Source of the DNA: Lama guanicoe
Taxonomy: Eukaryota
Assembly (NCBI GenBank): GCA_013239625.1
Contig: MU054187.1
Span: 9,195,231-9,259,230, forward strand
Length of the DNA stretch: 64,000 bases
Reading direction: 5' to 3'
Part shown: positions 50,511 to 63,367 of the stretch, piece by piece
How positions within the stretch are numbered: the stretch's first letter is position 1
How the letters are laid out: every line of letters starts with the position of its first letter
Translations under genes and position numbers: made by a program
Notes under the pieces: generated by a model
Databases searched by the model: none
What the model was told of the DNA's origin: nothing
The model's input: the letters and a program-made list of their open reading frames with translations, nothing else

Positions 50511-51214
50511 ACAAAAACAGATTTTTAATGAAGAAAGGTGAAGCATATGACAGAGATAAAATGTACTGATTGTGATTTGATTAAAATCAGACTTTTTTTT
50601 GCTAGGTAGCAGGACCAAGTGAATGCATTAATAGCATTACTTTGTAATTTTTACATTTCTTGTATGGCTATCTGACACTTAAGGTAAATACACACTACTT
50701 CCACTTATGTGACGACAAAAAGTTACCTGTAAATATTATTATCTCAGTAAAATATGTGAGTTAATTTAAAGGAAGATGTTAAGCAGATATTAGTGCAGAT
50801 GGCAATATTCCAAAGACGTCACATGAATGATGAAAGATTGCGAAAACCTCACCTACAACATTATTTTCATGAGTTAAAGCATAATCCATTTTACCACTTT
50901 TCTAATGTTGAGTTTTAATTTGTTTTCTACTACAAACAATGCTTCAAAGAACTTCTTGTAGCTAAATACTGTTCATATCCATGATGATTCCCTTAGGAGA
51001 ATTCACAGATGTGGAATTGTCCAGTGGAAAGGCAATGATTATATTATTTTAAAGTTTGAAATAGTATTCATTAACCATTTCTCTAAGTTTTTATGAAGAC
51101 ATTTAGGAGGTTAATAAAGTGGTATTTATGACCCATGGGAATAATTTCTTCTTCATTACTCAGAGGATTGACTTCAAGTGTGCTCTGGAACCAAACAATT
51201 CCTCTCACCCAGGG

Positions 51215-51465
51215 GAAGTCCTGTGATGGGGAAAATGCTTGGTTGGAAAATCTGGTTTGTAGGTAATTTTACCCTTTCCACTTAATTAGCTTTGTGATCT
51301 TGTGCAAGTCACAACCTCTCTAAGCTATAATTTTCTCACCCATAAAATTGTGCTAAAAATAATACATTATTTACCTCACTGAGCTGTGAAGATTAAATTA
51401 AATGATATATGTGAAAGTGGCTTGTAAATGCTAAAGCACCATATAAAATGTTAGTTGGTATTATA
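51215..51465 (+). mobile_element. MIR SINE
   Basis: tgtgatcttgtgcaagtcacaacctctct...gattaaattaaatgatatatgtgaaagtg. Confidence 0.75.
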
Positions 51466-52795
51466 AAGTGCAATATATATTCCCCTCTTGAGAAATTCTG
51501 AAAGCACAATTCTCTGGCTTCACAGATACAAGCTGTCTCATGCAATGCAGATAATTTTTAAATACCATATGGGGATGGTATCTAGAAAAAGTGAAGGGTA
51601 TGAAAGAGGAAAGAACTAAATTCTGGTGAAAATCTACTTCTTACTGATTGTTCCTTCCCATTTCCTCCTCCACAAACACTAGAACCTGATATGGCATTGC
51701 AGGAACACAAATCTTGGGCTTTTGAGCTTTGTTCCTTATCGTTAAATCTCACTGAAAACATCGGTTACTTGTTAATCTAGGATTGGTCTGATAGCTCAGG
51801 ATTTCTGAGTTCAGGCTAGGACCAGAATTAGCTATTTCTGGCATCTACAGATGGTTGGAAAAACTAATGATCTTCGCTGAGACTCTGTTCTCTTCCCTTA
51901 ACACAAATTGTTGTGAATGGTCTCTTATTGTGGGTGGATTCAGGCAAAAATCATCCTGTAACTGCCTATCAGAAAACAGCGATGCTGACAAAGTCCAGAG
52001 AGTAGAGCCCAGAGTGAGTACTGTATGTTCAGAAGGGCGGGAAACACTGAAGGCACGTGGGTTTGAGATTTAGCTCTGCCATTTAACCTCCCAGGGCCTC
52101 AATTTCCTTATTTTTAATACAAGGGAATTAGACCAGAATTAAGTCACTAGATCTTCAATGTTTCTGCCCACAGTAAGATTCTATAATTCTGTGGGTCAGT
52201 TTAGAAATTAGGGGGTTGACCGTCCCAACCTCCTACCATGGGCAGCGGCAGAAGTGCTGCAGCAGGAGGGTCTCAGCTGAGCCTTCGGGAGGAGCAAGGA
52301 TTCTACTCTGTGACATCACAATGTCCAGCCCAGGCTCAACCTTGGCAACTGAGGAGAAGGTAACAGGAGGTTCAGCTACTGATATATTAGAGGTGGGAGG
52401 CTACCTGATGGAGCTAGAAGGAATCAGCCAGCCATGACTCCAGTTCAGGTACGTGACATTTGCTAAGCTCAGAACAGAAACTGCCACACCTAAAGGAACA
52501 AGAGGAGAGGACCACAAGATGGGCATGTCTCCAGGCTTAGGAATAACAATATAAGCACAGAGACTATGCACCAGATACTTTAGGGTAGTACAAAGGATCC
52601 AAAAGAGCAGACCAGAAACAGGCAGTCCCACCAGAAAGAGAGCTTGGGTCGCATCCTCCTAACAGCCAGACTTACTGCCATGCAGCCAGACCACAAGGAC
52701 ATTCCCAAGACTCTTAGCCCCTCAGCGCCCTCTCCCCAGCCACTGGGGAAGTGCAAAGGAGGCACAGGTACCTCAGGAGGTCAGGGTAACATTAC

Positions 52796-52872
52796 TTTCT
52801 AAAATAGTCCACATTTGTTGCCTGGTGATGTTTATTCTTTTATCTAGGTGTTTTTCTTTTAATAGCTTCTCC
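52796..52872 (-). pseudogene. Candidate exon (EKLLKEKHLDKRINITRQQMWTILE), phase 2->1
   Basis: ttttttgtttattctcccttgtcgttctag|GGAGAA...TAGAAA|gtaatg; very strong acceptor. Confidence 0.6.
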
Positions 52873-53196
52873 CTAGAACGACAAGGGAGAATAAACAAAA
52901 AATGAGTTACCTGAAAGAAGTATTTTAACAGAAGACAGTACGAAAAATGCAAACAAAAGTAATAAGAGGAAGAGAAAAAATGATTACGGTTAGCAATTGA
53001 TACTGATTCTAGAGTCTGGGTTTGAAATTTCAAGGTTTAAAAGGCAAAGGGCCACCCCCTATAAACAGTGAAAGAGAAGGGCCTTCTGGTTGAGAAGTTA
53101 AACAGTTCAGCTGAAACCATTTACTGCTCCTCCTCCCTAAAGAACTCACACCAGTGAAATCATCGCTGGGGATGCGGACAGCCCTGTTTTCTTTAC

Positions 53197-53262
53197 CTGG
53201 CCTTGGGGTTTTGGCTTCTAAAGTATTTGTTTCTTCCTGGAGTCTTGAGGCCCTGAGAGGCT
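53197..53262 (-). pseudogene. Candidate exon (ASQGLKTPGRNKYFRSQNPKA), phase 2->2
   Basis: ctgtttgctgtcactcag|AGCCTC...GCCAG|gtaaag; joins the 52872 exon in frame. Confidence 0.45.
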
Positions 53263-53949
53263 CTGAGTGACAGCAAACAGCTGTTCTGTTTACCAGTAGG
53301 GCGGAGCATGGGGTGGGTGCCAGGTCCTGACTCATCTGCATTGGCCTCCCTCAGCACTGCGACCCCAGGGCTGAGTACAGGGCTGCTCAGGGAGGCAGGC
53401 TGAGATTTGCCTGCAAGATCGGAGCTGATTGTCATGTTCCCCCAGTGGAAGCAGCAGTTTAGTGATTCTGACAGGTAGATTAGTTGCCCACAGGGGACCC
53501 CAGCAGCAATAGATAAGGAAAGGGGAGAGTTGATTTCTATTCACAGAACACAATTTTAACACTCTTTGGCCTCCAACACATCAGGAATAAATATAGCTCA
53601 GCCTCAAGGCCAATACTCACTCTTTAAAACTAGTAATAACCAAAAGCATATAAATAAATACATAGGTTCAGATAAAAACAAAGTGTACTTTTGCACTGAC
53701 TCTAGCACATATTTACCTTCCATCTAGAGATGCCACTATGATTTTCATAATTAGATTAAAATTGAGCCCCTGAAGTTCTTGAAAATTAAAAGCTCATTGG
53801 TCCAGTTTTTAGATTTTATTAATTTTATAATCATTGAAAACTAAGTTTAGGTTTAACCTAAAATAATATCCACAAAACACAGAATGTCCTAACTTGTCTA
53901 CATTTATATTTATTGACTGTAATGTTCTCTGACCACTGTGTTAGTCACA

Positions 53950-54135
53950 TTCCACAGAATTTTAGAGTTGGAGGGGAACTAAGAGATCATCCATTCCAAT
54001 GTCCTCATTTCCAGAAGAGGAAACCAGCACAGAGATATTAAGTGTCTCAAGCCACGGACCTAGTTAGTGCTAGCTTGGGGACTAAGGCTTAAGTCTTCTC
54101 ACTCTCAGCCTGGTGACCTCTTCAGTACTCCTTGC
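53950..54135 (-). mobile_element. MIR SINE
   Basis: acagaattttagagttggaggggaactaagagatcatc...gaggaaacc. Confidence 0.7.
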
Positions 54136-57100
54136 CGCTAATTCATCCTGAAGGAATTTATTGGTTCATATCTGAACTACTTTAATTTCCAAGTAAGAAT
54201 ATTCAAAGATGAGGAAATCTCATTTTATCACCTTGGTGTGGTTATTGGTAAATTCAGGTACTCTAGGTAGGTGACACTATTCAGCAAAGCTCTTTTATTC
54301 TTCATAGCACCAAACAAAACAAGCTTTTTGTTGATAAGGCACCCAAGATCCCATCCAAAAGGCAGAGACTACAATGAAAATAAATATAGGGAAACTGACA
54401 GGCTACTCTGCCTTCAGGCCTGACTAGTAGTCTACTGAAAAAAAAAAAGACATTTTTACAATTAATGAGTTTTTGCTTTATAATAAATATACAGACTTCC
54501 TGCGGCATCTTCTAGTTTAGGTAGGTCACTTTGTTTATGTGTACATGCGTGCTCTCTGTGATATGCACATGTGTACTCTGTAAATGCGTGTGTGAGTAAA
54601 CACTTCATCCGGCAGGGGAGCAGCTTTACATCATCTGTGGCAACTGACAGATCTTTACCACCTAATATGTCTCCTCTATGAGCCTTTCTCGACTTAAACC
54701 ATGAATTAACATCTTATCTGGAATTATCCTGATAATTTAGGAGCAGCCTTAGATTTGCCCAGGGTTTGTTTAATGTAGAGCTATGTATGCCTTACATGTA
54801 TTATCTGTACGTTTGAGCCCAGGCACTCCTTAGATACAGAGACACAGGGCTTTTCCCCACTGAATTCATTACAGATGTATTAATATCAGCCTAAAGTCCC
54901 AAAATCTGAAAGAAAATGAAATGAAGAATTGTTGAATACAAGCACAGACATCATTTGCACGGTCATCAGCTCCAAAGGACTGATGAATATTTTCTAGGTC
55001 ATTAGATTGTTTTTTAATCCACAGACATGTGTATATCTTGTAAGGGTCTCCCATATGTTTTTGGTTTTCCAAACAGATTGCATTTAATAAGAGAATTATG
55101 AAATGATTACCGACAGGAAAGAACATTCCATCATGGCATAGGATTTAAACGGGGTTGTGGTGATATCTTTCAATTTCCATGTTTTCAAAAGTTGTGTAAT
55201 GTATTGAGCAATGTTGCACATACTACCACATAAAACTGCAGGAGAAAGCTGACTGTGAAAAATGGAGGGACAGAAGGAGCTTTAGTTTCAGATTCTTCAC
55301 CATGGGTTTTGAATTCTCAGATCTCTCCAGTAAACTGAAACACAGGTATGCCAAGTGAACTTTTGAAATGCTTTCCACCCGACAAGATGCATCCTGACAA
55401 GCCTCCTGACAGCTGGGAGGGAAAAAAGTAAACGTTGCCTCACCAGAGAAACAGACATTTGATTCTCTCTCTGGCTGCCACCACCTGGGGTGCCTTGGCC
55501 AAGAGCCACATCTGGATCTCTGACACATGCGGAACATGCCCCTTCATCTCAGCCCAGCCCCCATGCCCACTCTCCTAAGAATTGTGCAAGGAGGCCTCTG
55601 TAACCCGAGGCCTGTGAAGTCTGGAAAGGAATGTGACCCAGAGCCAACAGGCGTTGCTGCCACCAGGGCCAAGAAGGAGCTCTCCTGCTGTTTACCTCGT
55701 GCTCGGGGGAGTCTCAGAAGAGGAAAGGTATGCCCTAAAAGGAGCCCTTGGCAGGAGTGTGAAGCAACCACTCCAGAGCTTTCCCCCTTGTCTTTGCCAA
55801 CCTCCAGAGGCGTGCCTCGCCGCTCCCAAGAGAAGACTCAGATCCTCTTTTGAGCCACTTCCTTTCCCCCTTACAACTGTGCCCTGTATTGAAAGCTATG
55901 AGTCTTAGGTCCCACTCTTCCAGTGCCCCTGTGAAGGGTGTTCCTAATGGGGGTTTCCATTAAATAGTGATGTTGACGATGGAGGGCCAGGCGCTGGTGG
56001 CAGGACAGCTAGAGAGGTCACTGTGATCTGAGGCCTACTGGTACTCATCAAATGGTAACACAAAATCAGCGTTCTACCTCTCCTCTCCGCCTCCCCCACA
56101 GACATCTTCCTCCTTCATGACAGCGCACAATCTGGCCACTGGCAACACTGCAGATTATCTCACCTTTTCTGCCCAGAGAATTATGTCATGAGCTGAATCA
56201 TGAATACCCTTCTTTTAATTTGTCAAACATCATGATGGCCCACACATATGGATCTCTAACTAAAAGGAAGAACTAAAAGGAAGTGAAAGACTTAATCCTC
56301 AGTCTCACCATTGGAGCACTGTTTAGAGCAACTTAGTATAATTAACTATAAATGACAAGTTCTGTATTTCAGTTTATCAATACTGCTTATAAACGAAAGG
56401 TGATCCCAGAAAAACAAGACTTTTTAGCCAGTTGAGAAGACAACTTACTCAATAATTAGAATGCCAGTATTCTGCTCCTTTCAAGCATATTTAGAATGCA
56501 AAGTCAGCATTATTAGGAGAGGGCAAAAATACTTCTTTTATGTTAGAATACGTTCTTTGTACGTTAGGAACTGACACCATCTCACTCCTGTCACCAACAT
56601 ACTACCTCTTCTACTCTGTCCTTTCAAGATGGTTTTTATCCTTTTTCCTTTGTACCCCAAATGAACTCAGTCTCAGTTGCAATCCAATTTGTAGTTTTTT
56701 AAAACTTCAGATGTACCAGGCACTGTGGCAATAACAAAACGAAATGTTTGCCATAAATTGGGCTCTTTAAGAATTAAGCATTCATGTGTGCAGACAAGAT
56801 ATCCACCTGTGAAGAGTTTAAGAGCAAAGAAGGAAGTGCGTAACTATGTGCAACATGTTCTGTGGACTTTAAAGTGCCCCTAGGGCTCAGTGCAGGGCAG
56901 AGGCAAAGCTGTCTCTAGTTTCTAGGTTGCTCATCACAGCTGAATTAGGACTTCAGAGGAATCTTGAAGGAAGAGAAAAGGAACAGTGACTGACCAAGCT
57001 TGGGAAAAACAGTTTCTTGTGCAATTTTGGCCTCCACACAATGGGTCTTCCCCCACTCACAGACCTTCTCTCCACTCTCCCTGCGCTGTTACAGGTCCTT

Positions 57101-57239
57101 CTTTGCATGCAAGGTGAACAATTCACATGGCTTCCTTGGGGTGGGGAAAACAGGAGTCTTGGAAACGTGCCACACCAGGAAGGCCCTACGTGCTGTAACC
57201 TGGGTTGTGTCTGATTTCGATTATGAACATTGGCTCCTG

Positions 57240-58420
57240 ACCTTACTATCTAAGTCAACATGTTCTAAATCTAATTCATTGTCTTCCTCCAAACCTGATC
57301 TCCTTTTGTGATTCCCATCTCAGCCAATGACCTCACCACTTTCCCAACTATCCTGGCTAGAACTGCGAGTCCTCTATGATTCCCAGATCTCTCTCCCCAC
57401 ATTTGGTCGTCAGGCCCAGGAGGTTGTATCTCCACAACCCTTTCAAATCCATTGCTTCCTGCCAGTTCTTCCTGCTGCTGCCCTGGGCCAGGCTCTCATC
57501 ACATTTCCCTAAGATCACTCATCTCCCCAACTTCATTTCTCTGTGCTCTGTCGTTTACAACTTTCTAAAATAAATACTAGAGATTGTCATTTGTCAGTAT
57601 GAAAACAGTTTGTTTCCCCTTGTTTAAAAAAGTGAGGACTAAACTCCTTACCTTGGCTTTCAAGGTCCTTCACCTTCTCTAGCCTCATTTGGTGGCTCCT
57701 CTCTCCTCTGCCTCCCATTCACCCAGTACTCCCCATCCTGCACCAGATGGATCCCTCAACTTCCCATTCTCCAGCCTGCCCGGTACTTTCTTGCCTCTAA
57801 GGTCTATCTCATGAAGGTCTCTTCTGACAGTTGAATTTCTGGAGGATTCCTCTTCAAAGGGGTGATCACTTTCTTTCTCCATTATTTGTGATCTTTTTAT
57901 GACATTCTTATTTACAATCCTTTGTGCTAAAGGCATGAACTGGCTGGGTTGGAAGACCAGGGAGAAGGGAGTATAAAAATGTTTTAAGACAGAGACTATC
58001 ATGTCAAAGACTCAGAAGAAAGAGAAAACAGTGTTCAAGGAACTGACCAGTGCACAGTAGTCAATGGAAATCAAGTTCAAGACAAGAGGTGACACTGGAG
58101 AAAGATGCAGAGGCTGGCCTTGCTAAGGGATTGGGATTTTAGCTTAAGATCAGTGGGCCACTTTAAAGGGTTATAAACAGGGGACTGATAGGATACTATC
58201 TGCATTTTGAAAGTATGCAGTGTCTGGAGAACAGATGGAAATAGAGAAAGACTGGAGAAAGTGCTATCAATTAGGAGGCTGAGAGGGTAAACCAACAAGG
58301 TGATGAGCTTGGTCTGAGGTAGTGACAGTGGGAAGAGTGGAAGGCAGTGAACTTCAGGGAGCTTTAGAAAGGAGAATTGATTAGGCCTGGCTGATTGACT
58401 GGGCATGGATCAAACAGAGA
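57240..58420. mobile_element. Two L2 fragments in opposite orientation (57240-57830 plus; 57990-58420 minus)
   Basis: caacatgttctaaatc... on the plus strand; purine-rich antisense block from 57990. Confidence 0.6.
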
Positions 58421-59857
58421 AGGAAAAGTGGAGGAACACAGCCAGAAAAGGCCCAGAAATGATATTGCACTAGGTGTGGTATCATTTCCTGATAATGCCT
58501 CACTAAGGCGACCCTATTTTATCCTGTAGGAAACAAGAGGCAACAAGAATTTTTTGGCTTATTTAAGCCTACATTTTTGAAAGAGAAAACAGGAAGTAGT
58601 GTGGAGGATGGCCAGAAAGGGGAAGACTGGTTGCAGACAAACTAGAAAGCAACGCCATCGAGGTGGGGTGTTAAATGCTGACAGCACACAGCTGCTCAAA
58701 GCAGCGGGCCGCTCTTAGCACTGGTGAGCCTGTGCCAAACATCGTTTGTGAAAAAAGTGTTTTAATTAAAAAATTATATGTGCACATTGTAAAAACATTT
58801 TAAACAGTGTAAAATGTTATGCTATGAAAAACAGTTCTGCCTCCTACCCCAGTCCCCAGCCCTCTTCCTCCATGGAACTTTTGCAAGTTTTACATACTCT
58901 ACAGAAATGATCTACACATACACAAATGTGTCATGCACACACTCTCTGTCTGTATACACACACATAGATCCACTTTTAAAATGAGATTACTATACATATA
59001 CTATACTTCTATGCCTTGCTTCCTTTAAACTGTGAAACTGTATTTTGTTATTCCATTTTTATGTCAGCTGGTGTAAATCTCCTTCATTCTTTGTGATATC
59101 TCCAGTGGATAAACTCCTACAGTTATCTCACAAGCCCCTATTGATTAATATTGAAGTAAACATGGTTTTAAAGTGCTCTTGCCTTCTTATCCTTGCCCCA
59201 TCCCCAGCCCCAATGTGCTTGCTGCTTTAAAACGTTCATGGTCCCACCCTGGAGCACTTTCTTCATCCACCTTTTCACACAAGTCTCTTTTCAAATCAGA
59301 AGTAAGAGAACTCCCTCTGCAGCCGTATGAATTTAGCGCACCCTATGTTTTCTTCCACCATGGGATCATCTGTGATGGTAGTGTCAATTTGGCTTATCAG
59401 ATTCATATTCCTTGAGCAAAAGATCAACCAATCTTTTCTCTACACTTATGAAACGTACTTTGAAAATCCTGTGGTTATCTGGCTACACCAAGGGTTATAA
59501 AAATCTAAAATGTCACAGCCCCATAGCCAACCCGTGACTAGTTCTTTACAAGTCAGAGTTAAGCTCAGAGTAAAAAGGGTTTTTCTTCCTTCTCAGAGAT
59601 GACACTTTCAACTAGGCTGGTCAAGAGCTTCTCAGACACTTTGCTTTTAAAGGGCACTGCAATTGATACAGAACCTGGATCTCATTCATTTGTTAAAGTC
59701 ACCAGGGCATCCAAGTATTCAATTAATCTTGGTGAATAGATAATCTGTGCCTGTAAGTATTATTCCTGATAGTCTTCCTACTATTGTTTTCAAAGAATTG
59801 GTGGGCATTTTACTCTCTATTGCTGTTCATAGTGTAAACTGTAATCAGACCTTGATT

Positions 59858-60068
59858 GTTTGTTTTATATGTCTGTGAGTCTGTTTCTGTTTTGTAGATA
59901 AGTTCATTTGTGTCCTTTTTTTAAAAAAAATTCCATATACAAGCAATATCATATGGCACATTTCTTTCTCTTTCTGACTTAACTTCTCTTAGAATGACAA
60001 TCTTCAGGTCCATCAATGTTGCTGCAAATGGCTTACTTTATTCTTTTTTATGGCTGAGTAGTATTCCT

Positions 60069-60110
<42 letters not shown>

Positions 60111-63100
60111 ACACCATGCTTTCTTTATCCAGTTATCTGTTGATGGATATTTGGGTTGTTTCCATGTCTTGGCTATAATAAATAGTGCTGCTGTGAACAT
60201 TGGGGTGCATGTGTCTTTTCAAATTATATTTTCTTTCAGATATATGCCCAAGAGTGGGGATTGCTGGATCATATGTTAAGTCAATTTTTCGTTTTTTGAG
60301 GAATCTCCATACCGTCCTCCATAGTCCACCAATTTACATTCCCACCAACTGTGTAGGAGGGTTCATTTTCTCCACACCCTCTCCAGCATTTACCATTTGT
60401 GGACTTTTGAATGGTGGCCATTCTGACTGGTGTGAGGTGATATCTCATCGTAAGTTTTGCTTTGCATTTCTCTAACAATAGTGATGTTGAGCATCTTTTC
60501 ATGTGCTTCTTGGCCATGTGGATGTCTTCTTCAGAGAGAGGTTGTCCGTTTAGGTATTCTGCCCATTTTTTTTTATTGGGTTGCTTGTTTTTTGATATTA
60601 AGCTGTATGAGCTGTTTGTATATTTTGGAAATTAATCCCTTGTGGTTGCATCACTTGCAAATATTTTCTCCCATTCTGTGGACTGTCTTCATTCTGCTGA
60701 TGGTATCCTTAGCTGTGTAAAAGCTTTTAAGTTTCATTAGATCTCATTAGTTTACTTTGCTTTTATTTCCATTACTCTAAGAGCTGGTGCAAAAAAAAAT
60801 ATTGCTGTGACTTATGTCCAAGAGTATCTGCCTATGTTTTCCTCTAGGAATTTATAGTATCTGATCTTACATTTAGGTCTTTAATCCATTTTGAGTTTAT
60901 TTTTGCTGTGCTGTTAGAGAATGTTCTGATTTCAGTCTCTTACAGGTAGCTGTCCAGTTTTCCCAGCACCACTTGTTGAAGAGACTGTCTTTTCTCCATT
61001 GTGTATTCTTGCCTCCTTTGTCATAGATTAATTGACCGTAAGTGTGTGAGTTTATTTCTGGACTTTCTATCCTGTTCCATTGATCTATGTGTCTGTTTTT
61101 GTGCCAGTACCATACTGTTTTGATTATCGCAGCTTTGTAGTATAGTCTGAAGTCAGGGAGTGTGACTCTCCCAGCTCCATTCTCCCTTTTCAAGACTGTT
61201 TTGGCTATTTGGGGTCTTTTGGTTTGCATACAAATTTTAACATTTTTTGTTCCAGCTCTGTGAAAAATGTCATTGGTAATTTGATAGAGATTGCATTCAA
61301 TCTGTAATTTGCCTTGGGTACTATGGCCATTTTAACAATATTGATTTTTCCAATTCAAAGACAGTATATCTTTCCATCTGTTTATGTCGTCTTCAATTTC
61401 TTTTGTAAGTGTCTCATAGTTGTCAGAGTACAGGTCCTTTGCCTCCCTGGGTAGGCTTATTCCTAGGTAGTGTATTCTTTCTGGTGTGTTCCTCCTTGGG
61501 TTGATCCTGTGTGAAACTCTGTGCTTCTTGGACTTGAGTGACTGTTTCCTTCCCCAAATTTGAGAAATTTTCGGCCCACTATCTCCTCAAATATTTTCTC
61601 AGGTCCTTTCTCTCTCTCTTCTTTTTCTGGGACTACTATAGTGTGAATATTAGTGTGACTCATGTTGTCCCAGAGTTCTCAAACTATCTTCATTTCTTTA
61701 TATTCTTTTTTTTTTTTCTGTTCTGTGGTAGAGATTTCCACTAATCTGTCTTCTAGCTCACTGATCCATTCTTCTGCCTCATTTAGTCTACTATTGGTTC
61801 CTTCCAGTCCGTTATTCATTTCAGTAATTGTATTCTTCAACTCTTGAGTATTCTTCATATTTTCTAACTCTTTGCTAAACAGTTCCCTCTCTGTATCTAT
61901 ACTCCTCCTGAGTTCTCTGAACATCTTCACCATCATTACTCTAAACTCTTTATCAGATAGATTGCCTATCTCCTCATCACTTATTTCTTCTCCTGGGATT
62001 TTATCTTGTGCCTTGGCCTGGAAGATATTCCTCTGCCACTTCATATTGTCTAACTTTCCGTTTGTGTTTTTAAGTAGGTTAGTTACATTTTTTGACCTTG
62101 GAGAAGTGGCCCTCTGTGGGAGACATCCTATGTGTCCCAGCAGTACACTTCTCTCTTGTCACCCAAAGGTCCAGCCAGTCTCAGGATAGAGTTTGCCCTG
62201 CATTTGCAGATTCTTTCCACAAGCTTTGGGATTGTTGTTTTCTTATTTCTGGTACCTGCCCCATGGTGGATGAAGCTGGACTAGAGGCTTATGCAGGTTT
62301 CTTGGCAGGAGGAGTCAGTGCCAGCCCACTGCTGGGTGGAGCTTGGTTCTGACCCACTGGTGGGTAAGGCCATGCCTAGGGGCATGCCTAGAGGTGGCTG
62401 TGGGTTCAGAAAGACTGCTGATGGGTGAGGCTGTATTCCCACCCGTATGCTGTTTGGCCTGAGGCTTCCTAGTACTTAAGCCTACAGGCTGTTGGGTGGG
62501 GCTAGGTCTTGGTAGTAATGATACAAGCAAGATGTCAGCCTCCAGGAAAGCTTGTGTAGATGAACACTCCTCAAATGTCCGCCACCAGCTTTTATGTCCC
62601 CAGGGTGAGCCACAGACACCCTCTACTTCCCCAGCAGACCTTCTAAAACCAGCAGGCAGATCTGGCCCAGGTTCCTATGAAGTCACTGCCTCTGCCCTTG
62701 GACCTGGCACATGTGAAATTCTGTGTGCACTTCTCAAGAGAGTGAAGCCTCTGTTTCCCCCCAGTCCCATGGGGCTCCTGGAGATAAGCTCTGCTGGGCT
62801 TCAAAATCAGATGTTCTGGAGTTTCCTCCTCCCAGTGGCAGAATCCCGGGATGGGGAGCCTGACATGAAGCTCAGAACTCTCACTTCTGTGGAAGGGCCT
62901 CTGCAACTTAATTATTCTTCAGCTTGTGGGTCGCCCGCCCAGGGGATAGGGGGCCCAATTATATCACAAACATGCTCCTCCTACTGTCCCATTGAGGTTC
63001 CCTCTTTATGTTTCCAGTTGAAGAGGATCTTTTTTGCTAGGTCCCAGTCTTTTTTTTCCCCAATGGTTGTTTAATAGTCAGTTGTAGTTTTGTTGCAGTT

Positions 63101-63146
63101 GAGAGGAGAGGTGAGCTTGAGGTGCTACTACTCTGCCAACTTGACC
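59858..63146 (-). mobile_element. LINE-1 with 5'UTR, ORF1 5' part, large internal deletion and ORF2 3' part
   Basis: ORF1-like 61679-62044 (coiled coil NSRLNEAEEWISELEDRLVEI); ORF2-like 60897-61229 ([28 protein letters not shown]) and 60281-60517 (CWRGCGE); 5' start caagttggcagagtag at about 63143. Confidence 0.93.
60072..60108. repeat. (TG)n microsatellite within L1
   Basis: About 18 uninterrupted TG units. Confidence 0.95.
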
Positions 63147-63367
63147 AGAAATTGTTAAGTGCTTGTTTTAGATGATCAAATACATCTCCTGAATAGCACA
63201 TGAATAACAAGTGCCATTTAGGCCATTCCTGGCATTTCCCCATCTCTTTAACAACATAAATTCAAACAGCTTTATGTATAGATAATATTTTTTGCCAAGT
63301 TCTGAAATAACAGAAATAGCAATCATAAAAACAATCTCTTGGGATTTTTTTTTTTTTTGACACCTGC

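Larger units (their letters stand above)
837..53262 (-). pseudogene. Multi-exon decayed protein-coding gene of unidentified product (probably extends beyond the window)
   Basis: Chain of minus-strand AG/GT-bounded segments in repeat-free gaps with compatible splice phases. Core: 28525-28332 (phase 1->0), 24506-24387 (0->0), 19073-18956 (0->1), 18399-18323 (1->0), 16494-16399 (0->0), 11269-11198 (0->0). Core translation: KVSHHQQFNSTVAPSYGITIGIAPRVIVYPRGRDPVHSLSQLVVSDNCLANPHDVLTLRNYCLM|VSGYTSGCFILLAMECSLLDLGAVITNLEKFSGLTCTEYR|LSICTSPILSSIFLNG*IHTSRPLYCSALSFGTISSGHEA|SAFDVFMKARKVSQQYDCMESLLGQ|EDSLGVWG*CINHIIFPT*NNGKQAFSQHFRA|ELLHWLLIPQSHSSVCRLGSQKAK. In-frame stops at 38045-47, 35184-86, 19023-25, 16468-70 and 16438-40. 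Confidence 0.65.

Noticed and set aside
62496..63074. Longest ORF in the track (192 aa, plus strand)
   Set aside because: Lies antisense within the GC-richer L1 5'UTR; no recognisable product
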